From positions 1-27,095 of the forward strand of contig CAYMPD010000002.1 of assembly GCA_964392445.1 (NCBI GenBank): 27,095 nucleotides of DNA. The letters run 5' to 3'. The notes under the pieces are model-generated. The model worked only from the letters and a program-made list of their open reading frames with translations, ran no database searches and was not told the DNA's origin. Numbering within the stretch: the stretch's first letter is position 1; every line of letters begins with the position of its first letter. Shown here piece after piece: positions 14,773-24,157 of the stretch. The stretch is from an uncultured archaeon (GTDB lineage Archaea > Aenigmatarchaeota > Aenigmatarchaeia > CG10238-14). The position numbers and the translations under genes were made by a program.

Positions 14773-17007
14773 ATGAATACAAAAAAATTGCTATCGGCAA
14801 TTTTGACTGCACTTTTGGCAATGTCGCCAGTAGTTATGGCAGTGGATTTAGGAAACTATCCAAGTTTCCTATTTACAGACAACAACTTAGACGCATATGT
14901 AGTTGTTGGTTCTGCCGCAGCTCCGGCTGACGTTGTAGGTGCCGTAGATTTAGCAGCGAGATTAGCAGGAGAATCTTATGAAGAAGTTTCAACAGGAGAT
15001 ACAGTAACAGTTAGTGGAGGAGAATCCGAGAATATTCCAATTAATGGTGCATTAGCCGCTTCAGGTTACTTGGACCAAGTAATGGACGACAGTGATTTAG
15101 CTGGTCTTATGGATAGTGAAGTTAATTTCCAGGGTGACTCTTACAATTTCAGAGAAATTCTCGCCTTTGGAAGTAGTCAACCATCTATACAATCCAGTCT
15201 AACAAGTTCAGACGATGATTACGAATCCGGAGTATACATGGAGACAACAAGTGGATCTATGTATTATTATTGGGTTTTTGATGAATCAATAAACGTTAGT
15301 GAAGCGACATCCGATCAACCATTTGAGATGGATTTCTTGGGTAAAAATGTTAGAATAACCTCAGTGACAACAACAGGATCCAATGCTGGTGCAAAATTCA
15401 CAGCTTATGTTGGAGATGAGTACTGGTTAAACGTTGGTGACAGTGTTGAATCTGAAGGTAAAACAGTAACACTTGATAATGTTGGTTCTTCATCAGTCGT
15501 TGTAAACGTTGATGGAACAACAAAAGTGATTTCTTCAGGAAGTACACAAACAGTTAATGAAATTGAAATTACTGTTGACAGTGTCTTCTACAGGGAACAG
15601 ATTGACCAGTCTTCAGCCAATCTAGTAATCGGTAAAACAGCACAAGCAACATATACAGACGGGGACAAGTATCTAAAAGACGACAACATTTGTAACAATG
15701 ATCCAGAGGATACAGATTGTTGGGAATGGGTTATTTCCGGTTTAACCGGTAACTCAGCAACCACAGTTGCTAGTACAGGACCAACTGGAGGTCCATACAT
15801 TGGTGTTAAAGGTGTCTTCACAATTAACGATGACACAGATGATCCAATAACAGCTGGCGGATGTTATCAATTCCCAAATGACTATGCAGAAGTTTGCTTC
15901 GATAGTCTAACTGTAGCTGATTCGGATTATATGACACTTACAGTGGAATATGCAGATTCAGTGGATCTAAGTAATGCAATCTCAGGTAAAACAGCACAAA
16001 ATGTAATCTACATCCATACATCAGAAGAAGAAGGGTTAAACCTTGAATATGATGTGATAAATGGGTTAAGTGCTGACGTAAGAACAAGGCAAGTCTGGTT
16101 AGAAGTGAACGGAACAGTAGATTTAACAAACGTTTACTACAGAGATAGCGACGGTTCTAAGACATACGCAGGTTACGTTAATTCAACAGGCGGTGACTTC
16201 GCACAAGTCAATTACGGAGATACAAAAGAAACAAATGTAGAATTAAATCTAACAGGTAACGTTAGTGTAGCTGACGATCTTAACTTAACATTTGATATCT
16301 TAGGAAAGACAACAACAGATCTAGCAGATGGTTATGATGACCTTAAAGTACAATTAAGTCATAGCGCTTCTGCTTTCGATGGTATTGGCGGTACAGCAAG
16401 TACTGAAGAAGCAGATGAGTTGCAATGGTGTAGTGGTACTGGAACTTGTTCGTGGAAGAACATTGGTACAAAAGATGAAAATCACAGGACGATTTATGGT
16501 ATAATCGTCGAAGATCCAAAATCACACGGAGCAAGTGATGAAGTAGTCTTTAGTATACCAAATGAACAAGTCTTTGCAAAAGTCGTTGTAAAAGGACCAT
16601 CAACAACAGTAACATCAGGAAGTGATGGATCAGTTAAACAAGTTGTCCCAGTAACAAACGCAGTTGCTAAATTAGATACAGAGGTATCCCCACCAGTAGG
16701 TAAAAACCTAGTGTTGGTAGGAGGACCAGCCGTTAACAGATTAACTGCACAAGCAATGGGACTTGAATATCCAACTTATGGAGGTTCAGGGCTCTTGCCA
16801 TTTACTGAAGGTGAAGGTTACATCGAATTAACCGATGGAGTACTTGAATCTGGTAAATACGCAGTTGTTGTAGCAGGTTGGGAAGCAACTGACACAAGAA
16901 ATGCATGTTCTGTAATGCAACAATTTGAATCGTTTAGCGAGCAATTAGACGGCAATATGGCAGTCAAAATAACAAGCGTTTCAGCTTCTGGTATAACAGC
17001 AGCTTAG
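14773..17007 (+). CDS. S-layer protein (Methanococcales/Thermococcales/DPANN type N- and C-terminal domains), 744 aa
   Basis: Signal peptide; N-domain YVVVGSAAAPADVVGAVDLAARL; C-domain NLVLVGGPAVNRLT...GEGYIEL...VVVAGWEATDTRNA; acidic, multiple NxS/T sequons. Confidence 0.92.
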   Translation: MNTKKLLSAILTALLAMSPVVMAVDLGNYPSFLFTDNNLDAYVVVGSAAAPADVVGAVDLAARLAGESYEEVSTGDTVTVSGGESENIPINGALAASGYLDQVMDDSDLAGLMDSEVNFQGDSYNFREILAFGSSQPSIQSSLTSSDDDYESGVYMETTSGSMYYYWVFDESINVSEATSDQPFEMDFLGKNVRITSVTTTGSNAGAKFTAYVGDEYWLNVGDSVESEGKTVTLDNVGSSSVVVNVDGTTKVISSGSTQTVNEIEITVDSVFYREQIDQSSANLVIGKTAQATYTDGDKYLKDDNICNNDPEDTDCWEWVISGLTGNSATTVASTGPTGGPYIGVKGVFTINDDTDDPITAGGCYQFPNDYAEVCFDSLTVADSDYMTLTVEYADSVDLSNAISGKTAQNVIYIHTSEEEGLNLEYDVINGLSADVRTRQVWLEVNGTVDLTNVYYRDSDGSKTYAGYVNSTGGDFAQVNYGDTKETNVELNLTGNVSVADDLNLTFDILGKTTTDLADGYDDLKVQLSHSASAFDGIGGTASTEEADELQWCSGTGTCSWKNIGTKDENHRTIYGIIVEDPKSHGASDEVVFSIPNEQVFAKVVVKGPSTTVTSGSDGSVKQVVPVTNAVAKLDTEVSPPVGKNLVLVGGPAVNRLTAQAMGLEYPTYGGSGLLPFTEGEGYIELTDGVLESGKYAVVVAGWEATDTRNACSVMQQFESFSEQLDGNMAVKITSVSASGITAA

Positions 17008-17020
17008 GAACGCAAAAGGA

Positions 17021-17048
17021 TTTTTTTCTTTTTTTCTTTTATTTTTCT
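17021..17048 (+). terminator. Oligo-T intrinsic terminator of the S-layer gene
   Basis: tttttttctttttttcttttatttttct starting 14 nt after the stop codon. Confidence 0.7.
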
Positions 17049-17094
17049 GAGTTAGAAATATTAGTTCTAATTACAATAATGAGTTAGTGGTTAG

Positions 17095-17667
17095 ATGGAA
17101 GTAAAAATTAGTATGAGAACTATTGGAATTGTCCTTACAATAATTATAGCAATACCTTTACTTTATTTTATTTATCAACAAGTCAAACCTGTCAAAACAA
17201 TCTATATCAAAGGAAAACCCTTTTCTTTTAGAGAAGATATAAGGAGAGCTTTTAGAGTGGAAATATTTCCCGAAGAGTATGTTTTAGCGGAAGCCTTTCA
17301 AGACTTTAAAATAAGAAATGTAACAATACTTTTTAAACCTGGTTCACCTGAAACCAACGCGCTTTACCAGTTAGAGACATTCGAAATTACCTACAAATTA
17401 TCCAGATATGATGATCTTACCCGAGGATTTTTAAGACCAAAAAAGACCTTTAATGCTGATACAATAGAAACATATGATAACATAACCAGAGAAAATAAGG
17501 TTTTAAAAATAATACTTATCCCCCCAGAGTTCTCAAATGAAACCAAAATTATATCGGGTGGAAATAGAATCTGGATATACGGAAAAACACAAAAAGATTT
17601 TGATTTAGCCACAGAAAAGGCTATATTAAGTATGATGAATGTTACAAGTCTGGAAGGATATGTTTAA
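17095..17667 (+). CDS. N-terminally membrane-anchored extracellular protein (190 aa)
   Basis: Single N-terminal TM; sequons NVT, NIT, NET, NVT. Confidence 0.75.
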   Translation: MEVKISMRTIGIVLTIIIAIPLLYFIYQQVKPVKTIYIKGKPFSFREDIRRAFRVEIFPEEYVLAEAFQDFKIRNVTILFKPGSPETNALYQLETFEITYKLSRYDDLTRGFLRPKKTFNADTIETYDNITRENKVLKIILIPPEFSNETKIISGGNRIWIYGKTQKDFDLATEKAILSMMNVTSLEGYV

Positions 17668-18293
17668 TCTAGTAGTGATTCTAATTGTTCTTTCGTTTGT
17701 AATCCCGCGAATAAATTTTCATTTATTATTACTGTTGGTGCTTTCTTAACTTGGTAAATTGTTTTTATTGTATTTAATGCGGGAGTGTCTTGATTTATAT
17801 CAAAAGCATATATAACTACTTTTTCTGGATATTTTTCATAAATATAATCCAAAATATAACCTTGCGATTCACTTTCTGTCCTGTTTATTTTGTTTGAATA
17901 GAAAAATATTATGATATTGGTGTCTTTATTGCATTCCTCCTTAACTTTTTTAACGAGTAACCACTGTCTTAAGGAAAGTAGAGTATAATCAAGCTTTAGA
18001 TTTTCGACTTTTTCATGATCTTTACCAAGATTTTTTTCAAGTATGTCTATTCTTTTTCCCAATTCAGCCTTCTCTTTTGTTAGTTCAAACACATCTACTT
18101 CACAAATATATTCTGATGCAATTTCAGATTGTAAATTAAGGGATAAAAAATAATTCCTAACCTCTTTTTGCGTTTCAATTATTTCCTCTGAGGTCTGAGA
18201 TGATATTATGTATGCAATAAGTGTCCCTACTAGAAATATTAGGACCGTCATTGTAAGTACTGAGGTATATTTATTCCAACTTATCTTCCTCAT
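17664..18293 (-). CDS. Membrane-anchored coiled-coil plus thioredoxin-fold protein lacking CxxC
   Basis: N-terminal TM, helical linker with two Cys, IIIFFYS...QGYILD...AFD...KAPTVIIN; paralog of 19575-20228. Confidence 0.75.
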   Translation of the reverse strand: MRKISWNKYTSVLTMTVLIFLVGTLIAYIISSQTSEEIIETQKEVRNYFLSLNLQSEIASEYICEVDVFELTKEKAELGKRIDILEKNLGKDHEKVENLKLDYTLLSLRQWLLVKKVKEECNKDTNIIIFFYSNKINRTESESQGYILDYIYEKYPEKVVIYAFDINQDTPALNTIKTIYQVKKAPTVIINENLFAGLQTKEQLESLLD

Positions 18294-18326
18294 AAGAAAT
18301 AATTTAGTTAGACTTATTTAATTCTT

Positions 18327-19550
18327 TTACCATCTAGGTTCTTTTCTAAGTATGAACCTCCCAAGGGCAATTATTTGTGTTAAACTTATAATCCATCCAT
18401 ATATCAAGAGGTAGAGTACATAATTTAACCTAAATTTTTCTTTTAGATTTTTTCTGGTAGTCTCATAAAGTATAAAGGCTACTAGAAATGTAAAAAAAAT
18501 AAAGAATGTTTTTTCATTGGTTAAAAGACTGTTTAAATTGAGTCTAAAATTAAATTTCAAAAAGGGGGAAACGTCAAAGTTAATCAGAGAATTCAGATAC
18601 ATTTTCCATAAAATATCAAGGGTTAATCTAATTGAGAAATATACAAAAGTGAAAGAAATTAGCCCTATACTAAAGAGTGTTGCTGGTAAAAAAAATAAAC
18701 CTAAATCCCCATATTCTGGGCTTAGCATGTATTTGTACTTGAAAATATTTTCCAGAGTACCATAGTTCCATCTTACTCTTTGTCTAATTAGTTTTTTGAC
18801 ATTTTTAGGAACTTTTGTATAAACTTTACTCTTGAAAGATTGGACTATTTGATAATGTTTTGATTGTATTCTCATCCCCATTTCAAAGTCTTCTGTGACT
18901 GTAGTAACATCAAATAAACCATATTTATCCAGAAAACTTTTTCTTATAAAGGCTCCAGCTGGGGTACAGTTCATCGAACCCATAAAGGAAAATGTTTTTT
19001 TGATAAGCGCCATGATAGTGTATTCAATTAATTGACATTTTTCGATTAGGTTTTTAGGTTTCCATATTTTTAGTAGAGGAAGAACAGCCATTACTTTTGG
19101 ATCTTTGAAATTTCCGATTATATTTTTAAAACAATCTTTTTCAGGAAACGTATCTGCATCTAATATCATCACTATTTCTCCACTTGATTTCTTTATACCA
19201 TAGTTTACTGCTGCGGCTTTACCTGCGTGGTTTTTTGTAAAAACTTTAACTCTTTTTCTCCTTATCTTTTTTGATTGTTTGTATGTATCATCTTTGGAAC
19301 CGTCATCGACAACAATTATCTCAACCTTATTTTTCGGATAATCTACTTTCAGAACGGATTTGATCGATTTAATTATATTTTTACTTTCATTATAAGCAGG
19401 AATTATAACAGATATTTTGGGGTATTTTTTTGGTTTTTCTTCTTTCTGATCATCATTTTCTTCTATGTAAGTGGTCAGGAAAAATATAGTGGAAAATAAC
19501 GAGAAGAATATGGTTATGTATATCAAGATGTTGTTGAAGTTGATTATCAT
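18327..19550 (-). CDS. Membrane GT2 glycosyltransferase (D,D,D,QxxRW; PgaC/IcaA-like)
   Basis: IPAYNE, DDGSKD, GKAAAVN, DAD, TED, QRVRW; N-terminal TM and C-terminal TMs. Confidence 0.92.
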   Translation of the reverse strand: MIINFNNILIYITIFFSLFSTIFFLTTYIEENDDQKEEKPKKYPKISVIIPAYNESKNIIKSIKSVLKVDYPKNKVEIIVVDDGSKDDTYKQSKKIRRKRVKVFTKNHAGKAAAVNYGIKKSSGEIVMILDADTFPEKDCFKNIIGNFKDPKVMAVLPLLKIWKPKNLIEKCQLIEYTIMALIKKTFSFMGSMNCTPAGAFIRKSFLDKYGLFDVTTVTEDFEMGMRIQSKHYQIVQSFKSKVYTKVPKNVKKLIRQRVRWNYGTLENIFKYKYMLSPEYGDLGLFFLPATLFSIGLISFTFVYFSIRLTLDILWKMYLNSLINFDVSPFLKFNFRLNLNSLLTNEKTFFIFFTFLVAFILYETTRKNLKEKFRLNYVLYLLIYGWIISLTQIIALGRFILRKEPRW

Positions 19551-19574
19551 TAAGAATAATTAAACTAATTGAAA

Positions 19575-20228
19575 TTAATTATTTAATGAATCTGAAATCG
19601 TCTCAATCAAATCTTCTTCACTGACTAAGCCTTCGTACTTCTGGCCATCTATAATGAGACTAGGTTCGGTGCTTACATTATATGTTTTTTTCATTGATTG
19701 TACTATTTTCTCATTAGAATTTACATTCATAGCAAATACATTTATTTGATTTTTTAACTCTTTTTCTTGAACAGAGTCTAAAATTCCACCTTGTTTTTCA
19801 CAATCTTCACATGGTATAGAATAAAAATATAAAATAGGTACCGTTGTTCTTTCGCAATTTTCATTTAGGTAAGAACTCAATATCCAAGATTTCGCTGATA
19901 AGAGGAAATATTTATTCTCTAGACCCCCTATCTCTTCTTTACTTACTTTATTTTCAAAACTCTTTAATTCTTTGCTTATATTCCACAACTCTTTAGTGGC
20001 TTCATCAAGTAATATCATGTTGAATTTACAAGCATTTTCATCTGCAACATTCAGATAAGTATAATGTAATTGTATATCTTCCATCTTACTTTCCAATTCA
20101 TTTAACTTGTTTTCAGTTCTTTTGCTAACGGAAGATTGTATCAAATAACCAACCATGATGCCAGATACAAATAAGAATAGAGAAATCAGAAATGCGACGA
20201 CATAAGCTTTATTCTTATTTTTTCTCAT
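19575..20228 (-). CDS. Membrane-anchored coiled-coil plus thioredoxin-fold protein with CEDC motif
   Basis: N-terminal TM, ILYFYSIPCEDCEKQGGILD, TEPSLIIDG (cis-Pro loop). Confidence 0.8.
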   Translation of the reverse strand: MRKNKNKAYVVAFLISLFLFVSGIMVGYLIQSSVSKRTENKLNELESKMEDIQLHYTYLNVADENACKFNMILLDEATKELWNISKELKSFENKVSKEEIGGLENKYFLLSAKSWILSSYLNENCERTTVPILYFYSIPCEDCEKQGGILDSVQEKELKNQINVFAMNVNSNEKIVQSMKKTYNVSTEPSLIIDGQKYEGLVSEEDLIETISDSLNN

Positions 20229-20265
20229 ATAACTTATTTAACGTAACAATATTATATATTGATTT
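20229..20265. promoter_or_regulatory. 37-bp divergent (back-to-back) promoter region
   Basis: TTATTTAA at 20234-20241 about 25 nt before ATG 20266; ATATATAAT on the minus strand (20251-20259) about 23 nt before ATG 20228; no SD on either side. Confidence 0.55.
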
Positions 20266-21513
20266 ATGAAACTTTATGATATTAATCTAACTATATATCT
20301 TATTTTATTAGCTCCTGTGATGTTTGTCTCTATCTTATATTATGTATTAAGTTTCACTACAATTTTAAATTATAATAAGAAATCGGCTAAAAAGAAAATT
20401 AAAAGATACCCCTTTGTTTCAATCCATATACCTACCTATAATGACATAGTTGCAATAAGATGCGCTAAAAAATGCTTAAAAATGGATTATCCAAAAGAAA
20501 AATACGAAATAATAATTGGAGACGATTGTACAGATAAGAAAATTTCAAATTCTATTCATGAATTTGCTGATAAACATCCTGATATGATAAAAGTAACTAC
20601 TAGACCAAATCGGAAAGGTTACAAGGCAGGGAATCTCAACAATATGATGAAATACTCTAAAGGAGAGATATTTGTGGTTTTTGATGCGGACTTTGTAGCA
20701 CCCAAAAACTTCCTAAGAAAAACCGTTCCTTATTTTGAAGATCCAAAAGTGGGTTGTGTACAAACTAGAATGGGTTTCCTTAATCCGGGGCAAAATATTA
20801 TTACCAAATGTGCCTCTGGTCTTTTAATGATATTCCACCATTTTGCTATACCTCTTTTTAATATGGGAGGATTTTCCCTCTTTTGTGGTAGCGGTGGATT
20901 AATAAGGCGAAGTGCACTTGAAGAGGTTGGCGGATGGAAAGAGGATAATATAACTGAGGACTGTGAATTCTCTGTTAGTATACTTGAGAGAGGATACAAG
21001 AATATCTATCTTCCAAATCAGGTTTCTTCAGGAGAAGTTCCCTTCACACTTAAAGGTTTCGTTAAACAACAAATGAGATGGTCTTATGGGACTACCAGTA
21101 CTTTTATTAACCATTTCAAATCAATAATGAGCACGGGACATTTGAAACCACATCAAAAATTACTTCTTTTATTTTGTGGTTTTGGTTATGTAATGTGTCC
21201 CATAATAATAGCTTTTACAGCTTCTGGTTTAGTTCATACATTCTTAGTCCCGCCTAGACCGCCCCAGTGGATGGATCTTATCCATATAAGCAGCAGTTTT
21301 ATAATCCTCAGTGGATTCATGTTCATAGGTTTTCTCTCTCTTATAAAGGAAAAGAAAGCAATTATGTTCCCATCTTATGTATTTGGTATGTTGACAGTAG
21401 GTACTTTAGTTTCGGCTACTAATAGTTACGCTCTTTTCAAATCTTTATTCAAAAAAAGTATGAAATCCTGGAACAATACCCCAAAATTGGGAAATATTAA
21501 AGTGTCTAAATGA
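20266..21513 (+). CDS. Membrane GT2 glycosyltransferase (cellulose-synthase-like/CslA-like catalytic core)
   Basis: IPTYND, DDCTD, YKAGNLN, FDADF, VQTR, FCGSGGLIRRSAL, TED, QQMRW; C-terminal TMs; no PilZ domain. Confidence 0.92.
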   Translation: MKLYDINLTIYLILLAPVMFVSILYYVLSFTTILNYNKKSAKKKIKRYPFVSIHIPTYNDIVAIRCAKKCLKMDYPKEKYEIIIGDDCTDKKISNSIHEFADKHPDMIKVTTRPNRKGYKAGNLNNMMKYSKGEIFVVFDADFVAPKNFLRKTVPYFEDPKVGCVQTRMGFLNPGQNIITKCASGLLMIFHHFAIPLFNMGGFSLFCGSGGLIRRSALEEVGGWKEDNITEDCEFSVSILERGYKNIYLPNQVSSGEVPFTLKGFVKQQMRWSYGTTSTFINHFKSIMSTGHLKPHQKLLLLFCGFGYVMCPIIIAFTASGLVHTFLVPPRPPQWMDLIHISSSFIILSGFMFIGFLSLIKEKKAIMFPSYVFGMLTVGTLVSATNSYALFKSLFKKSMKSWNNTPKLGNIKVSK

Positions 21514-22772
21514 TGAACTACTTAATCTCTATAATATCATTCCTATTACTTGTTTTACATCTGTCCCTATTATATATATTACTTTTTGTGAAAGAGAGAA
21601 AAATAGAGAATGATTTCTCCCCTAAAGTTTCAGTCTTAATACCAGCTCACAACGAAGAAAAAATAATTGGAAAAACAATAGAGAGGCTGTTAAATGACAA
21701 TTATTCTGGTAAAAAAGAGATAATAGTATTGAATGATGGTTCTGAGGACAATACTGGGGAGGTGGTATCTAGTTATTCTAAAAAAAATTCTATGGTTAGG
21801 CTAATAAATTTAAAACATAAGGGAAAATCGGGTGCAATAAATGTGGGTATTAAAAAATCAAAATATGATATTATAGTGATATTAGATGCTGATTCTTTGG
21901 TTGAAAAAAATGCTATAGAAGAAATTGTAAAACCACTCAAAGATAAGAAAGTAGGGGGGGTTGCTGGCTCTATAAGAGGTATTAGAAATAATAATCCTCT
22001 AACTTGGTTCCAGGATTTGGAATATCTTATATCTTCTGGTTGGAGATATATATGCACGAAAATAAATGCGAACTCCATTCTTCCTGGGTTCTCGGCTTTT
22101 AGAAAGGAGGCTTTATTGAAAGTAGGGGGATTTAGTTCTGATACTTTGACCGAAGATTTTGATATAGTTTTTGATATGAAAAAAATAGGTTACGAGACTA
22201 GAACAAGACCTTCTGCTGTGATGTTTACAGACTTACCCAAGAATTTCAAATCTCTGATAAAACAAAGATTAAGATGGGGTAGAGGTACGATACAGGTTCT
22301 CAAGAAAAATTTAAGTTTCTTATTCAGTGGCAAATCTGGGATGATGGGTGCTTATTCTATCCCCACTCAGTTTTATTGGTATGTGCACGGACTAGTATTT
22401 GTCCCATTAACCTTTTATCAAATTTATTATTATTTTTACTCTTCAAATCTCATCTCGAATATATTTTCATTTCAAAGTTTTCTCTATTTTTTCAGATGGT
22501 TTTCATTGTTAGGGATGCTGGATTTAATTTATAAAACTTTTGTTGGAATTTATCCTTTGAATTTAAGATTATTTTTGGTTATCTCTTCGTTTTTGTTAGG
22601 TTCTATTTACATGTTTTTATTGTTGTTAAAGTTCAAGAAACCTGACGTAAAGGACTTTTTAGCTTATTTTTTCTTCTTTCCATATAGTATATTCAATTTA
22701 TCTATATTAGCAATATCTTTAATCTATGAAGTCTTCAATAGGGACACTGGAAATATTTGGACTAAAAATTAA
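21510..22772 (+). CDS. Membrane GT2 glycosyltransferase (D,D,D,QxxRW; PgaC/IcaA-like)
   Basis: IPAHNE, NDGSED, GKSGAIN, DAD, TED, QRLRW; ATGA-type overlap with the upstream GT2. Confidence 0.92.
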   Translation: MMNYLISIISFLLLVLHLSLLYILLFVKERKIENDFSPKVSVLIPAHNEEKIIGKTIERLLNDNYSGKKEIIVLNDGSEDNTGEVVSSYSKKNSMVRLINLKHKGKSGAINVGIKKSKYDIIVILDADSLVEKNAIEEIVKPLKDKKVGGVAGSIRGIRNNNPLTWFQDLEYLISSGWRYICTKINANSILPGFSAFRKEALLKVGGFSSDTLTEDFDIVFDMKKIGYETRTRPSAVMFTDLPKNFKSLIKQRLRWGRGTIQVLKKNLSFLFSGKSGMMGAYSIPTQFYWYVHGLVFVPLTFYQIYYYFYSSNLISNIFSFQSFLYFFRWFSLLGMLDLIYKTFVGIYPLNLRLFLVISSFLLGSIYMFLLLLKFKKPDVKDFLAYFFFFPYSIFNLSILAISLIYEVFNRDTGNIWTKN

Positions 22773-23110
22773 AGTAAACCCAGACTTCCCGTTATTTTAT
22801 CAACTTTATCTTCTTTATCAGGTCCTATAGCTAGAGCTGTTATTGTTCCAGATTCTAGTTCTGTTAACCCCGCGTCTTTTACTAGGAAGTAAGATACACC
22901 TAATTCCTTAGCCTTGTTTTTTAACTTTATCAATTCATTTCTGGAATCTACTACTAGAGTAACTTTTTTCTGACCTTCTCCTCTCCAGGCTTTTAGGATA
23001 GCTTCTGATGTTCTTTCATAGGATCCTAAACAGGCATGACAAGCCTGTACACATTTTTTACCTGTTGACATATCCAAATCTTTTCTTAGTATTATTACTT
23101 GTTTTATCAT
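22769..23110 (-). CDS. pth2: Peptidyl-tRNA hydrolase 2
   Basis: KQVIILRKDLDMSTGK, QACHA, GQKKV, DAGLTE...GTITALAIGP, TGSLGLL. Confidence 0.97.
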   Translation of the reverse strand: MIKQVIILRKDLDMSTGKKCVQACHACLGSYERTSEAILKAWRGEGQKKVTLVVDSRNELIKLKNKAKELGVSYFLVKDAGLTELESGTITALAIGPDKEDKVDKITGSLGLL

Positions 23111-23342
23111 GCTATCACTTCAAAAGTTAATATTAAATATCCGTCTTCACTTAAATTTATGATATGGGACCTTTAAGTAGACTCTTGAAAAAATTTATGG
23201 GTTTGCTTACTATTATTTCTGTAATTATTATTAGTTAGATTGGGATGATTCTCTTTCTGATTTGAGATGACCTGATTCTATAGTTCTGGGTTGTATTGAG
23301 GTTAATGGTTAGATATAATTGGTTAGAAGGAGGTGAATAATT

Positions 23343-23558
23343 ATGATTGATAATGATAATCCAAGTTCCTGTCAAGGCGGTGGTTGTGGAGAAGATGTAG
23401 AATTTTATCTAGATACTGATGGTGAAACATGGAGACAGAGAGGCGCTGGAAGAGATTATAATCACAGCTTAGGAAGAGGAACTCCATATAGAACTTCTTT
23501 AGGGAGATTAGGACGTCCTAGGAGTGGTGTTTTTTTGGTAGATAGTTCAGGGCAGTGA
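23343..23558 (+). CDS. Small orphan protein (71 aa), Gly/Arg-rich
   Basis: Strong SD GGAGGTGA upstream; no recognisable family. Confidence 0.55.
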   Translation: MIDNDNPSSCQGGGCGEDVEFYLDTDGETWRQRGAGRDYNHSLGRGTPYRTSLGRLGRPRSGVFLVDSSGQ

Positions 23559-23611
23559 GAACTGGAGAGTTAGGAAAGACTAATTAATATCTAAAATAAC
23601 ATAGCATTAAT

Positions 23612-24127
23612 ATGTCCAAAGTGCTTATGTTAGTCCCGCAGAGAAATTTCAATGACACAGAATTTTCAGTAACAAAAAAAGGACTGGAAGAAAAAGGAGT
23701 AGAAGTAACTGTGACAAGTATAACCACCGAGTATGCAATGAGCATGAAAGGAGAGAAAATCCAACCAGAAAAAGAACTAAGATTAACAAATTCCAACAAC
23801 TACGATGCACTTGTAATAATAGGAGGATCAGGAACACCCCAACTTCTGGATTATCCGGAAGTAATTGACAGGGTAAAAAAGTTTAATGGACAAGGAAAAT
23901 TAATCGCCGCAATATGCTTAGCACCGATAATTCTAGCAAAAGCAGGGATACTCAAAGGAGTTATGTCAACAGTCTTTCCCGCTGACTTTGCGATTAGTCA
24001 ATTAAAAGATAGAGGAGCAACTTACACCAAGAAACCTGTAGTTGAAGATGGTAATATTATTACTGCGAATGGACCTAAATCTGCGGAAGAATTTGTGGAG
24101 AAAATCCTTAATAAATTTAACCTTTAA
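23612..24127 (+). CDS. DJ-1/PfpI family protein
   Basis: FNDTEF (Glu), YDALVIIGGSG, AICLAP nucleophile elbow, GNIITANGP. Confidence 0.93.
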   Translation: MSKVLMLVPQRNFNDTEFSVTKKGLEEKGVEVTVTSITTEYAMSMKGEKIQPEKELRLTNSNNYDALVIIGGSGTPQLLDYPEVIDRVKKFNGQGKLIAAICLAPIILAKAGILKGVMSTVFPADFAISQLKDRGATYTKKPVVEDGNIITANGPKSAEEFVEKILNKFNL

Positions 24128-24157
24128 AGATTATTACTAATTTGAGGCGATAGATGA

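Noticed and set aside
23243-23276. C/D-box-like words (ATGATT...CTGA...ATGA.CTGA)
   Set aside because: Spacers between boxes are about 6 and 1 nt, too short for 10-12-nt guides.
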